A DNA stretch of 64,000 bases from Carcharhinus longimanus. Taxonomy: Eukaryota. The DNA is taken from NCBI GenBank assembly GCA_030264375.1, contig JASCQW010000154.1, positions 23,012,906 through 23,076,905 of the forward strand, written 5' to 3'. Below the pieces are notes generated by a model, which was not told the origin of the DNA, made no database searches, and was given only the letters and a program-made list of their open reading frames with translations. Positions 40,873 to 54,000 of the stretch are shown here, in pieces (position 1 is the stretch's first letter; each line of letters starts with the position of its first letter). The translations under genes and the position numbers were made by a program.

Positions 40873-41400
40873 GGGGAGGCAATGGCCTAATGGTATTATT
40901 ATTACTAGCCTATTAATCCAGTGAATGTTCTGGGGAACTGGGTTCAAATGCTGCTATAGCAGGTGGTGCCATTTGAATTCCATTAAAAAAAAATCTGGAA
41001 TTAAGAATCTACTGATGACTGTGAAACCATTGTCAATTGTTGTAAAAACCTGTTGATTCACTNNNNNNNNNNNNNNNNNNNNNNNNNNNNNNNNNNNNNN
41101 NNNNNNNNNNNNNNNNNNNNNNNNNNNNNNNNNNNNNNNNNNNNNNNNNNNNNNNNNNNNNNATCTGGAATTAAGAATCTACTGATGACTGTGAAACCAT
41201 TGTCAATTGTTGGGAAAAACCCATCTGATTCATGAATGTTCTTTAGAGAAGGAAATCTGCCTGGTCTGGCCTACATGTGACACCAGTGCTACAGCAATGT
41301 GATTGGCTCTCAACTGCCCTCTGAACAAGAGTGGCTAGGGATGGGCAATGAATGCTGGCCAGCCAGCGATGCCCATGTTCCACAAATGAATAAAAAGAAA
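40873..41400 (+). mobile_element. L2-tailed tRNA-SINE spanning a gap
   Basis: Same family as 28150-28520. Confidence 0.8.
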
Positions 41401-42414
41401 CTTGCATTTACGTTGCACTCCATCATAATCTGAGGAAAAAGTCAAAGTCCTTTAAGTTCATTGAACTACTTTTTTTGAATGTTGAATTTACTAGTTTATG
41501 CAGGCAGCTACAGCAGCCAATTTTTGCTCCACAGGATTCCACAAACTGAGAAATGACCTGTTTTTGATAGCAATTCGGGAGAAATGTTGGTCAAGGCAAC
41601 TTCCTGCTCTTTTTCCTATCATATTGAAGAGTCTTCGATGTTCACTTTACCAGTTGGGCAGAGGGTACAATGGATATGTGAGCCGGAGCTGGCATCTTTG
41701 ACAATCCGGTGTTCCATTGGTGTGAGGGCATCAGTCCACATTATGTGTTCAGCTTTCAGCGATGAAATGAAACTCATCTGTGTTGCAGCAAATGCCATTA
41801 ACATTCATCGAATGCTTTGGGATTGCTCTCACTAAATAATGTGTTAATGTAAAAGCCCTGAGTTATATACTACTGTGTGTGCTTAAATGGGTTTGTAATG
41901 TAAGGAGTTGTGTGTACTTTAACTACCAGTCTCACTGGGATAGTTTGTCCTCTGGTAAGATCAAAAATGTTAAAATTAAGCTTTTAAACTTGGCTCTGTG
42001 CCAAACTTTGCTGATGCTGCAACAGTGGTAAAGCCTAAGCAATGCTGGACTATATCTTTGGACAGTCTTCAACCTCTTGTCTTAAGTGCATTTTGGCTTA
42101 CTTCATACTTAAATTGCACCACACTATTTATATCAATGGGATGCTCAAACTGCTTTGAATCAGCATAAAATGTTTAGTATAAGTGGCCTATTTCAATGTT
42201 CTCACAGAATTTTAAAATGTAGAAAACGGAACAATTTCTCTGGAGAGATTATTTTTTTCTAAAATATAATGAATACGAAAAGTCTACAATGAACAACGGG
42301 GGGAAAATCTCACACAAGATAAAATCCTGCAGACGCTAGAAAAAGTGAGATAAGAGAAAAAGACTTGCAATGTTCAACGATTCTGGCCGTACCAGTGAAA
42401 TGGGAAACAGGGTG

Positions 42415-42657
42415 GTACGGCATGGTGGCACAGTGATTAGCACTGCCAGAGACCCGGGTTCAATTCCTGGCATGGGTCACTGTTGGTGTGGTGTTTGCAT
42501 GTTCTCTCCATGTCTGCGTGGGTTTTCTCCGGGTGCTCTGGCTTCCCCCCACAATCTGAAAGGCATGCTGGTTAGGTGCATTAACCTGAACAGGTGGCGA
42601 CTGGGGGAATTTCACAGTAATTTCATTACCTTACTTGATACTAATGAATAAACTTTA
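42415..42657 (+). mobile_element. V-SINE type B (internally deleted)
   Basis: Head gggttcaattcc, V-domain and shortened type B tail. Confidence 0.75.
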
Positions 42658-43416
42658 AGGTTAATGATTCAAGTCGGTGACCTTTGGTCAAAACGAAAGA
42701 CATTCAATCGGAAAAGTTAGCTTTTGTACCTCTCCCCACTTAATGCTATCTGACAAGAACAGCCGGTCAAAATGTAGTGTGAGCCCGCCTATATGTTTCC
42801 CAGAACACCAGTAATGGGTCGGTGCTTGATATGTTGAACTGCCTCCACCACTCACCCCCCACCCTCCGCTCCCCACCCCTCAGATGCTGACCACTGGGCA
42901 TTTCCAATTTTATTTCCTGTTTCCATGTCAACACGGGTCGCAATCTCCCAGTGAAACTTATATCGGCTCTGATGACAACTATACCTAAAACACAAACAGA
43001 AATTGCTGGGGATATACAGCATTCCAGATAGTATTTGTGGGGCAGTGGGTGGGGGAGGACAGAGTTAACGGTTCAGGTTGTTCGCCTTTCTGTTATTTCT
43101 CTCTCTCTCCACAATTGCTGCTAACTATTTCCGACTTCTGTTTATTTTTCTTAATTTCAAATTTACAAGGCAGTTTGCTTCTGATGGAAGATCAGATTTC
43201 TTTTGGAAGGGTGAAGAGGTCTCTCACGCAACACTTATCAATGGAAACCTTAACAATCCTATTTCTAGTAACCTCCTTTCTTTCCACATTCATGAAAGTA
43301 GGTCCTAGGTATCCATTTTGGCATCTCGATGAGCATGCAACACCCTAACAGTTAACAAAAGAATAAAATACTGGAAAATCTCAGCAGGTCTGACAGCAGC
43401 TGTGGGGAGAGAATGG

Positions 43417-43455
43417 AGCCAACGTTTCGAGTCTGGATGACCCTTCGTCAGAGCT
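43417..43455 (-). ncRNA. Minimal type I hammerhead ribozyme motif in a Penelope-like remnant
   Basis: Minus strand reads AGCU-CUGACGA-A-GGGUC(aucca)GACUC-GAAA-C-GUU-GGCU: intact core, helix II, helix I, and palindromic AACGUU as helix III. Confidence 0.7.
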
Positions 43456-44061
43456 GCCAGCTCAATTTTCTGTTTTTGTTTCAGATTCCAGTACCCGCAG
43501 TGTCTTGCCTTGATCCAAGCTGTTGAGTTCTCAAACCTTGTTGACATTATAAATCAAAGTCTATCCTTGCGAATATAGTTCAGTTCTGGGTGTGACCCTC
43601 AAAAAACACAATCACCTCCTGTCTCGTGCCCATGTACCGACATGTAGCAGGCGCCCACGTTCTTAAAAATGTACCAAACGCGTGCACATGACATGTCTGA
43701 CTGGTTTCAGCTTAGAAAGAACCTTGTCCTCTTGCCCTGATAACAGTAGCTTCAGTTGCTCCCCTGTAGGGGCATTTGCGGGATAAACTGGGATATTTTA
43801 AACCTTCTCTCCGCATCTCACTGAATCCTTAACATTGCAGTAAAACAAAACAGACAAAAAGCCACCAACTTTTTCCAGTTTTAACCAAGTTTAAAAAGTG
43901 GTCCATTGAAATATCGTTAAGATACTTACGGCAGCATGTCTGCTAGATAGTAACGCACTGTCGGTGGCAAGTTTGTTAACAACGAACCTTTCCTTCGGAA
44001 AGATTATTAATAAACCAGGATAAACTTCACAAGTTATGGGCAGGCCGAGTCTCTACGGAAG

Positions 44062-44079
44062 AAGCACTAGGTGGCACCA
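44062..44079 (+). promoter_or_regulatory. CTCF-like motif
   Basis: AAGCACTAGGTGGCACCA fits the CTCF core CCASYAGRKGGCRS with one mismatch and lies at the edge of the TE-free domain. Confidence 0.45.
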
Positions 44080-45639
44080 TTGCACATCGAATAATGTTTA
44101 CAGATTGAAAACGAGTGTTTCTCCACTCAATCTCCCAGCATCAGAAATGTCCTCATACATTTGATCATTTGAAATATGATCAGGTAACTCACACGTGCAA
44201 CAATAAAATAAGCTGATAAACTATCTCTGTGCCGGGGCACCTTCAGGCCATAGTATTAAAATGATGCATGTTGTTCGGGAACTTCGTGACCCGAAACCAT
44301 ACTAACTAACTTTTTGCGGCGGTGTTTTCTAACTAATGTGTTAATTCATCACAGCGTGATCCATAGAGAACACCAAGTCCGTTCAGTTTACCTTGAATTT
44401 AATTGTATATATGTATTATAGATTTAGGCACAGGGTTACAGATGAGAAATAGTTCTGGGATTTTAAGTACAGCTAACTTCGCAAAGTCACATAACTGCTG
44501 TAGACGACTTTGGACGCGAGGAGTTGTACTCTTTATTTCCCTAACCCTCTCCTCCATCTGCTGTCTTGATTAGAAAGCCTCGAAGATTAAGTGCAGTATG
44601 GAGTGATGGTAAACATGTCTCCTCCTGACCATATTTAACAGGAGCAGGGTTGCTATGCAGTGTAAAGTAAGGTCTATGTGAAGGGTGTCAAGTAGAAAGG
44701 GTATGAAATCATTTGGAGAACCTATGTTAAAATAAAGGCTATCGGATAGGTTGAGCCAGCCACATTGCTAAAAAAAATGGATGGGTCTTTTGATTGAACA
44801 TTCAGTAGTTTGGGAAAATAAAACTCGTATGAGTTTTATACCTTTTTTTGTTGACTCTTTTTTTCTCGACGGGAGTCGAATTGATTCAGCTCACAGCTAG
44901 ATTACTGGCTCCAAACTCAAGTTGGATCAGGTAAACAGCGAGTCATCTTGAACCGCCACCCCATCCTCATGGGCGCCACTCGGTGCTGTCGCAGCGCCGG
45001 GCTTGAGCACGGTGGAGAGCACCCTTTGGCCGGCGGGCGAGTTACCTGTGAGTCACACACACACACAACTTTACTTATCCACGCTTCCCAGCCTATTCGG
45101 GCTCACTGTGGAAAGAGTGTTTTGCAAAAGAAGAAAAAAAAATAGGTGGAGACACCATTATGTGTGTGTTTGTCTCTCATGCGGCGTCTGAAACCATGGG
45201 AAAACTTGCAGCACAGGTTAGACCACACCTAACTCCCTGAAACCAAAACACTTGGGTTGTGTTTGCTGGAGGTAGCACTGGCTTCAAACAGCCCGAATAT
45301 ATTTTAGCAATATTACATTAAAAATAATTTATTTATATAGAAGCTTTAGAAAATGATCTATGAATTATACACTAAAGGGCTGAGACACTTATATGACAAC
45401 AATGGATGATCTGTATCAATTAAAAACAGCATTTGGTCCAAGGCCGATTTCGACTTGATAGTGGAAATAACGTGAAGTCCCAGTTATTTCCGAACATTAG
45501 AATGTTTCTTCAATGGGTCACAATCAGTGAGTGTTCCAAACACGAATGATCAGGCCATCACTCGTAATATTTAAGTATATATTTCTTTTGATAGTATTTA
45601 TTTTTGGAAAACATGATTTGGTATGGAGGAAAAAAAAGC

Positions 45640-45995
45640 CCCCACCCCACCCGCCCCGCCCATGTAGGTACCAGCCTGTTTTTTTTTAAGGATAAATTAA
45701 ACTGGAGTTTTCAAACCTGGGGAGAGGGAGAAGTACAGGTCGGAACTTGTTGCTGAAGTTCCTTAAGCATCCCCTCTCTCCCCTCACAACTTAGGGAAAG
45801 GAATGTTTGGAGTGAGGATCTACACAGAAAAAAAAACAGGCAGACACTTTTAATAGCTGAGAAAGAGTGACAATAGACTTGGCTCCACAAATATGAGCGT
45901 GGGAAGTCTTGAAAACTTGGGCTGGTTCTCTGGGCGACATCTCTGCAACCAATAGGCTTCCTGTATCCACCCTTCTGTTCCATATAATTAGGGGT
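45640..45995 (+). promoter_or_regulatory. Putative Dlx3 proximal promoter
   Basis: GC boxes (cccgccccgccc, ~45650-45661), CCAAT at 45949-45953 and TATA-like TATAAT at 45983-45988, about 180 bp upstream of the ATG. Mammalian Dlx3 promoters are known to use a CCAAT box. Confidence 0.6.
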
Positions 45996-46162
45996 TTAAC
46001 CACGCCGGGCTTGTTAGGTTACAGCAGTTTGCTTTGAGTTGCAGTTGCTGTCAGGATCTCGTCTCTTAGGCGCGCAGTGATGTGTGCATAACTCTGAGCT
46101 TAAATCGTTCTGTTTCTGTTGTTGTTGTCGCTGTCGTTGGTAAAAGAAAAAAGTCCGGGACA

Positions 46163-46496
46163 ATGAGTGGAACTTACGAGAAAAAGCTACCCGCTCTCCT
46201 CACCGACATTCAGGGCTCCATGGGATGTCACGCTGCAAAGGATTCCCCTACTCTGCCAGAATCGACGGCTACAGATGTTGGGTACTACAACCCCCAGTCC
46301 TGCCACCCTCAGCACGATTATTATCCGACTTCAGCCTATTCTCAGCCCGTGAACCACTACCCCTATCACCAGTTTAACCTGAACAATATCCCGGGCCCTG
46401 CCTCCTATTCGCAGAAGGCCGAATATGCTTACAGTAACTCGTACCGTCAGTATGGGCATTTCAACCGGGATCCTCAAATATCAGCGGCCGAGAGAG
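46163..46496 (+). CDS. dlx3: Dlx3 exon 1 (coding part)
   Basis: ATG at 46163 gives MSGTYEKKLPALLTDIQGSMGCHAAKDSPTLPES...YRQYG, matching the vertebrate Dlx3 N-terminus (human MSGSFDRKL...KDSPTLPES). Ends at donor AGAG|gtaagg (phase 1). Confidence 0.96.
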
Positions 46497-48399
46497 GTAA
46501 GGAAGGGGCTCTTGGCGCTCTCTAAAAGGCGGGGACAATTTGAAAGATATCCCGGNNNNNNNNNNNNNNNNNNNNNNNNNNNNNNNNNNNNNNNNNNNNN
46601 NNNNNNNNNNNNNNNNNNNNNNNNNNNNNNNNNNNNNNNNNNNNNNNNNNNNNNNNNNNNNNNNNNNNNNNNNNNNNNNNNNNNNNNNNNNNNNNNNNNN
46701 NNNNNNNNNNNNNNNNNNNNNNNNNNNNNNNNNNNNNNNNNNNNNNNNNNNNNNNNNNNNNNNNNNNNNNNNNNNNNNNNNNNNNNNNNNNNNNNNNNNN
46801 NNNNNNNNNNNNNNNNNNNNNNNNNNNNNNNNNNNNNNNNNNNNNNNNNNNNNNNNNNNNNNNNNNNNNNNNNNNNNNNNNNNNNNNNNNNNNNNNNNNN
46901 NNNNNNNNNNNNNNNNAAAAGCTTGGCCAGTTTGACTTTACCAACCAATGTGGTGCCAAACAAGACAAAGTGACACCCAAAACTCACCCACAGCGTCTCC
47001 GGCATTTTGCTGGGTTGGGGGGGGGGGTGGTGGGGAGGGGGAACCGCATTGCCATTTTGATTAATTTGGTGACCAAAGCGTTTTGGGGGTACAGAATAAG
47101 AATCATTAACAAAAAAGTTGCGTTTGACAAAAATCAAACAAGAAATGACAAAGAGAACCAATTGGTGCAAAACCAGTTACAATACAGTAACCACCTGTGA
47201 AAGGGAAACGCATTGTATATATTTAACAGGGGCTGTTTATAAAAAAAAAATCACTTGGAAATTGATGGAAATTAAGGCCAAAGCAAACTCTCAATCTCTA
47301 AGGGAGTTTATTAAGACCATTATGACCAAGCAGACAGTTCACTGAAGGTTACTTTTCATTTGTTTCTTTTCTCTCAATGATACAAGTTACTGGAAGCATG
47401 CTCGACTAACGTTTATAGGAATGAGGCGGACATACTAATGGAGGCATTTGAACCCAACAAGGGCTCCGAGGCCAGAAACTGAGTGGTGGTTAGAGGAGGA
47501 GCGGGGTGGGGGGAGAGATGGGGGAAGGAGGGTTCGGGTTAGGAACCCAAACTGGGTTCAGCACTTGATGGGGAACGAGCTTGTTTTTTGCTTCAGTCCC
47601 GTCAGTAACTTGCCGGCTTGTGAGAGAGTCGGTGCATTGGTGGACATGGGGNNNNNNNNNNNNNNNNNNNNNNNNNNNNNNNNNNNNNNNNNNNNNNNNN
47701 NNNNNNNNNNNNNNNNNNNNNNNNNNNNNNNNNNNNNNNNNNNNNNNNNNNAGTCGGTGCATTGGTGGACATGGGGTTGGGGGTGGGGGGGGGGGGCGCG
47801 GTGGTGGTAGCCGTGGGTAGGAGTCGAGTGTTCACCCCTAGCACTTTTTCCTGCTGTAGGGGCGAACCCAGGTTGGAGTGTGAAACTGGTCAGGCCATTC
47901 TGTAATGGTTATGCCAGAGCTTAGCTTCCTGGTTGGGGCTATTGTCACTGCGCGGGCTTCTCTTAATCCTTCGTTGGCGCACACGACCCAGAAAAAAACG
48001 TATAAAATCATTCAGAGCCAAGATGATATAGTGGGTGGAAAAGGCGAAAAGGAACTCCACTATTCAAATGAGATTGTATCCTGTGTTGATAATCATCAAT
48101 ACGAATAATTAACAGTTCCCTCTAACTTTTTTGTCACTTGTATTAGGAAAGAAATCATTGGCTCACAGAATGTCAAATACACAAAATTGGGAAGGCACTT
48201 TCTGTTGTAGCAGTCGAATATTCATATTGCATTCTCATATCCTACAAGATTGATGTATATTTGGTATATTCTGCATTCATCATTTAATTGAAGGGTAATT
48301 GAGACATTTTTCTGCTTATAATTGCTGTGATTTGTATGTGTGTGAAGTCTATTCCTAGAGTGTGTTTCATTTGATTTTTATTTTGCGTGTGTTGCTTAA

Positions 48400-48681
<282 letters not shown>

Positions 48682-49467
48682 TAAGTCGCTATAGTGATTT
48701 GAGCTCCACACCCGCCTTACTGCTGAGACAGACCATTCCTCTTTTATTTCTCTGCACGGGCTGAAAAACATGTTTTGGTGACGATGGGCCATTTTGAATG
48801 CAAGTTTTCTCTCCATATTTGCTTCTACGAACATTTCTCACAATCCCGATGACCATACTTAGATGACCCAGTGATATCTTGTTCTGGAGAATCCAGGCTG
48901 CAGCTCAAACAATCAGCCCCAATTTTTATGTAACTTTACGTGTTTTTTCCCGGTCATGATGTGTGTTGCCCTTTCACCGACTATGGCCATCCTCCTGCCA
49001 GTAGAAAAGTTAAAAAGGTGAAATCCTGTCAGTGAAAAGCATGGGAGGCTAATTCATGATCAGATGCACACAGATGTTTTTTTTAAAAAAAGCATTAGTA
49101 TTGAATAAATCAATAAGGAAGAGGGATTTAGCAAGCATCTGCTGACGCCAACGCGCAGAAAAAGAGATATAGAGACAACAGGCGTGAACATATTATAACC
49201 AGAAAAATCACAAAGATCTCAGGAATATGTTGTCCACGTTTTTTTGTCTCGGTGTGTGTGTGTATGGGACAGTGGGAGTGGCGAGTGGGGGAGATTGGAT
49301 TAATACTCAAAACACAAGATGATCCAGGGAGTGAAAGAACATATTCCGTCCAGTTCAATTTCAAGTACTTTAAAAGATTATAAGGATTAAATAGAAAGTA
49401 CTAAAGATTGACCACTGAAATAGTAGACGTTTCTTTTAGACGTCCCTGCACCATACCAGGACAGTCA

Positions 49468-49580
49468 GGAGTCTCACAACACCAGGTTAAAGTCCAACAG
49501 GTTTATTTGGGAGCAAAAGCCACTTCTGTGAGACTTTTTACTGCGTTTACCCCAGCCCAACGCCGGCATCTTCACATCCA
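49468..49580. mobile_element. Penelope-like family 1 remnant in Dlx3 intron 2
   Basis: agtctcacaacaccaggttaaagtccaacaggtttatttgg...gtgagactt...cccagcccaacgccggcatc matches the other family 1 copies. Confidence 0.65.
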
Positions 49581-49757
49581 TACAACGACAGCAGCAACAT
49601 TGTTCCCACAGTGATAGTTGTATTTATACATTTCAGAGAGGGTTTTTTTTAATGGTACCTTTTTGTTAAATGTTTGCATGCTTCCTTTATCACGTTTTCA
49701 CTACTTGGCAATGAGGTCTTACTCATCGACATTTTTTTTCCCTCCCCACCTGCTCAG

Positions 49758-50063
49758 GTGAAAATCTGGTTTCAGAACAGAAGGTCCAAGTTTAAGAAGC
49801 TATACAAGAACGGAGAGCTGACCATGGAACACAGTCCCAACAATAGCGACTCGATGGCGTGCAATTCGCCCCCTTCTCCAGCCGTTTGGGAGAGCCACAG
49901 TTCAACCAGGAACCCCCTCCAACATCAAACCCCGCATAACTCCTCTCAGAGCTACCTGGAGGACTTCAATCACTGGTATCCACCCCACCCCTCGGGCTCC
50001 CACTTAACAGCAACAAACTCACTGCACCAGCCACCACCTCAGAGTACTGGCGCAGTCTATTAA
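49758..50063 (+). CDS. dlx3: Dlx3 exon 3 (homeodomain helix 3 and C-terminus)
   Basis: Pyrimidine tract and cag|GTG, then [20 protein letters not shown]...[16 protein letters not shown]...GAVY*. KKLYK and the terminal GAVY are Dlx3-diagnostic. Spliced protein is about 276 aa. Confidence 0.97.
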   Translation: MKIWFQNRRSKFKKLYKNGELTMEHSPNNSDSMACNSPPSPAVWESHSSTRNPLQHQTPHNSSQSYLEDFNHWYPPHPSGSHLTATNSLHQPPPQSTGAVY

Positions 50064-51028
50064 CTCTTTAATTTTTACTTCAGGACTTTCAAACTATTGA
50101 TCTCTTCGCTGTTTCGGGAAACGACGACGACAGCAACGACTTGCATCTATATAGCTCCTTTTTTAAAGTGGGGGAGGGGGGTGCAGTATCCCAAAGCTCT
50201 TCACAGCAGTGTAAAAATATTATGAATAAAACTGTACACCCACGCTGCAGAAGAGACTGGGTAGAATACGAAATAAAATCGCCTGGAAAAGAGTCAGCAT
50301 CCCCCTCATCATGACCACTCCCCATCAATTTCTGTTGTAAAAACGCAGCAGTTTTGTACATAATACTAAAAACTGTATAAATGAGGAACAAAATTGGGAT
50401 ATTTTGTAACTCTGTTCAGTTGTTAGATCTCCACTGCACGCTGAACCGCTATAACTTTCTTCCCAACTTCAGCGACAAGCGACCTTCTGCATCTGTGCGC
50501 CTATGTTTTGTTATATTATTTAAGTTTTTTTGATCTATTGGAGTGGTTAAATTATTACTGCCTGTATATTATTAGATTGTAGCGGCCAGTTTGTTTGATG
50601 TAGCGGACAATAGTGTATCCATTGAACTATGTCCAATGCAATATGGTTAAAAAAGTGCAGTATCCACTGTAAAAAAAATAGGAATTCAGTTTGCAATCGA
50701 CAATGCGATGGAGCACAAACTGTCTGGACAAATAGCAGGAACTCTATTTATGATGCTCTGTCAGGGTATCTTTTTTTCTAACAAAAAAAGTGTATATAAA
50801 ATTTTACACGCCAATTGTAAAATATTAATTAAGAAAAAAATCCTTGCGGGTAATTTTTAAGAATATATGTAACACTGGGAGGAACTCCTCAAGTACATCA
50901 AAATGTCATTGCAATGATTTGGTTTGTAAAGAACATCCAAAGAAGCGCCAACATCTGTTGTAACTCACCTTCTGTTTTGTAACGAATCTTTTAAATGCTT
51001 GTTTGACGATGTTCTTGAGTATAATGTT

Positions 51029-51034
51029 AATAAA
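51029..51034 (+). terminator. Probable Dlx3 polyadenylation signal
   Basis: AATAAA about 970 nt after the stop, at the end of an AT-rich UTR-like stretch. Earlier AATAAA copies also occur near 50225 and 50272. Confidence 0.45.
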
Positions 51035-54000
51035 AAAAAGTCATCATCCCACTACTTGAAATCTGTTTAACAAGATGGCTTATTTGGGACTAGACTCTTT
51101 ATTCTTTGGACACTAGTATTTCTGTGGTGTTCTTGAGACTAATCTATAAAAACCACGATAAGACAATGAGACATTAATATTTCCAAGGGACTTTGCATTT
51201 TAATCAGCATACAACTTGGACATTTATTTCCCATTCCCGCACTGTGAAAGTCAAACATGATGGCGACCCAGTGTAACACTAGGCATTTCACTGTAATTGA
51301 AGGGTTTCCTTAGTGAGATGTAGGAGGGGGGAGTTCACCGATACACATTTCCTCAAAAAAGGTTGGGTGAAATGGCGAAATAGGGTGAAATATTAAAACA
51401 CAAATAAGAACTCCACACAAGGGCAGCGTGTGGATAGTAAATAGTTAAGCATACACCCATCTCCTGCTATTAAAGGCAGTTTGGTTTGAGGGCTGCGTGC
51501 AAAAGCTCTGTAGGCGACAGCCAGGCAGACATTCTGGAGACACTGAGTTGCGTGGAGCAGGATTTTATTAGGCACGACTGCCAGAAAAAAACTGCTCCAT
51601 CGCCTGGGGTTAATATCGTGCTAAAGCTCACATACCAGCAAGTGCATCAAAGCTGTTGCAATTGCCAGGCTGACTGCAACAAGAGCTGCCTGGATTAACC
51701 CTGTTCTTACCGAACTCAACCCCTCCCCACTCCAGTACGGCCCGGCATATACAATGTGAAGGCCCCGTACACCAGGTGGAGGAGTGTGAATGGGAGGTGA
51801 GGGGGGAGGGGGGCAGATATAGGTTTGGAAGTAACTTTGGAAAGGAAAAGATTTCCCATTGATAAACGTTACTAGTCCATTCCTCCCTTTGTCCTGTCCA
51901 GTCTACTGCCACAAACTAACATTCATTTTGGAAAATACATTTCTGTAGCCTCGGGTAATAACTTAAAGCGGGCTCAGCCAATTCGTTCACCGGTTGAGGT
52001 GTGAATCCATGTGGATCTTACGGCCCCAATGGTCGCAACTGATAACAAATGCGTTTTCTCCTGAATATTCTTAATTCTTACGGTTCGAGCTCGATGGGGA
52101 AAGCAGAAAATGTGAATAATTGTACACGTGGGGAAATGAATGACATTGCTTTCAATGCCAGTAGGGTACATATTTTTAACACGTTATATAATATTGCGGA
52201 TTTATTTCTTGCGCAAGCTTTGGACAGTGCATTATCAACAGATCTATGGGTGGTTCATTTTACACAATTCTGGATATAGTTGCACTGATTTGCACACCTA
52301 TGTATAAAGATGGACAGTTAGTCTCCTCAATGTTCTTAACTTGGGCATCCGTGTCGTTTGTTCAAACATACAAGCCTAACTGCACATCGGGAGTAAACCC
52401 GTGCCACTTGCCACAACACTGAGTCAGGGTTATTTTTCTCCACTTGTGTACATAATGGCGCGAGCAATAAATAAGGCTGAGTAACAGGCATTAGGAAATA
52501 TCTTAGGTAGTAATTAAAATGACATTACGAAATCCGAAAAGTGGTCTCCGCGTTGCCACTGAGGGGAACGCCTGTGTCATGTTGCAAAATATACGCCGTG
52601 GTGATCAGTCGCTGAAACTCAAAGCCCGCGATTAAAGACAGGAGAAGAACGTTGCAGAAATTAACAAAATGAGAAGAGGCAAGCGCGTTAAACACCGATG
52701 TCCCTGTCACTGGGACTGTGGTTATTAATGGATGGCTACGCTCTCTGTAATGACCATTTCAATAACCACAACAATTGCGCCAACTCTTGAATCACCAGTC
52801 CGGGGGCTGGGGAGGGGGCATGGGGGGAGAAGATCGGACCACTGTTTAACCTCCGTTTCAATTGGTAATGACGCCTGTAAAAATCAGGTGGAACAGGGGG
52901 TTTTCCAAGGGCAAAAAGGAATGACATTTTACCGGGGGGACCATATGCAAGGATAGTGCTTGTAGAGCTCACTGTATACTAATACATGTGACAATAATAA
53001 ATCAAATCAAAATCAAATGCTTCCAAAGCCTGCACAGGCTGCAGCAATACAATGCTCATTTTCCAATCATCCGTGGGAACTATACAGACATATTGGTTGA
53101 AAACATTATCAATTATCGCAGATCATATCACAGATTGTCACAATATCCCGATATCTACATTGCGGACTCGGCGATGAATCATGTATACACACCTTTCCCG
53201 TGAGCACACAATTTCCCAGTAAGGTACACGCGACACGCTTTAGAAGTGTTCGAATAAATGGTCATTTCGCATTATATCAATGAACAATTGTGTCACTTAT
53301 ATTGATTGTAAATATGTATGGGTAAATGTGTACAACTTGCAGGTAGAAATCAGATTATTATGGCTGCAATGGATATAATATGTCAAGATTAATCTCGGCT
53401 AGAATGCAACGTTAATGACTGTCCAGAATTTTGTGTCGAGGGCATCGCAATCTGCAAAAAATGGCACGAACTCAAATTATTTTGCTCTGATAATCAAACA
53501 GTGAGCTATCGCCAAGTCGCCACCCATGCAACATTTTCGATGAATTTCTTAGAGAAGTCAGCATCATATTTCTTTCATTTCAATCCCATGCACTTGCTTG
53601 GCTTTGCAGACCGTGGAAAGTTAACCCAAAGGAAGACCACAGAGGGCAGGATGGGAAGTGACTTTATTATTATGCTCAGTGCAAGCTTACTGTATGATAC
53701 GTTTTAGTTAACAAGGAGGCAGCAATCCCACCTTGACTAAAACAGGATCCCTCAGCGCTGTCTGTGTCCAGTTGACAATAAACAGCTGTTGCTTTGTAAA
53801 TGTAGCCCGATTTCTACAAAATGATTTCTGGGGGTTCTACAAGCACGATGGCCAGTTTGTTAAGGTTAGGCTCGCATTGTGGTTTTAGAGCTAAGAGCCG
53901 CCTCAGTATCACAAACAGGGAAAAGCTGTGCATAAAATTCAATGAAGAGATTAATTTCTGACCCCTATTTCCACAGATGAACTGGTTGTAATTTCATTAG

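Noticed and set aside
188-43547. Numerous 60-140 aa ORFs, including recurring 'MVAQWLALL.. / ..GALVSSHSPK' peptides
   Set aside because: These are chance translations of SINE and LINE copies, with no exon structure or recognisable host-protein homology.
46082-46162. N-terminal extension of the Dlx3 ORF (MCITLSL...)
   Set aside because: It starts at a GTG. Homology to Dlx3 begins at the ATG at 46163.
5155-47780. Direct repeats flanking 100-N gaps (e.g. 5155/5306, 9665/9875, 24750/24916, 29776/29904, 32533/32668, 40993/41163, 47626/47752)
   Set aside because: Near-identical sequence on both sides of fixed-size gaps indicates unmerged contig overlaps (scaffolding artefacts), not real tandem duplications.
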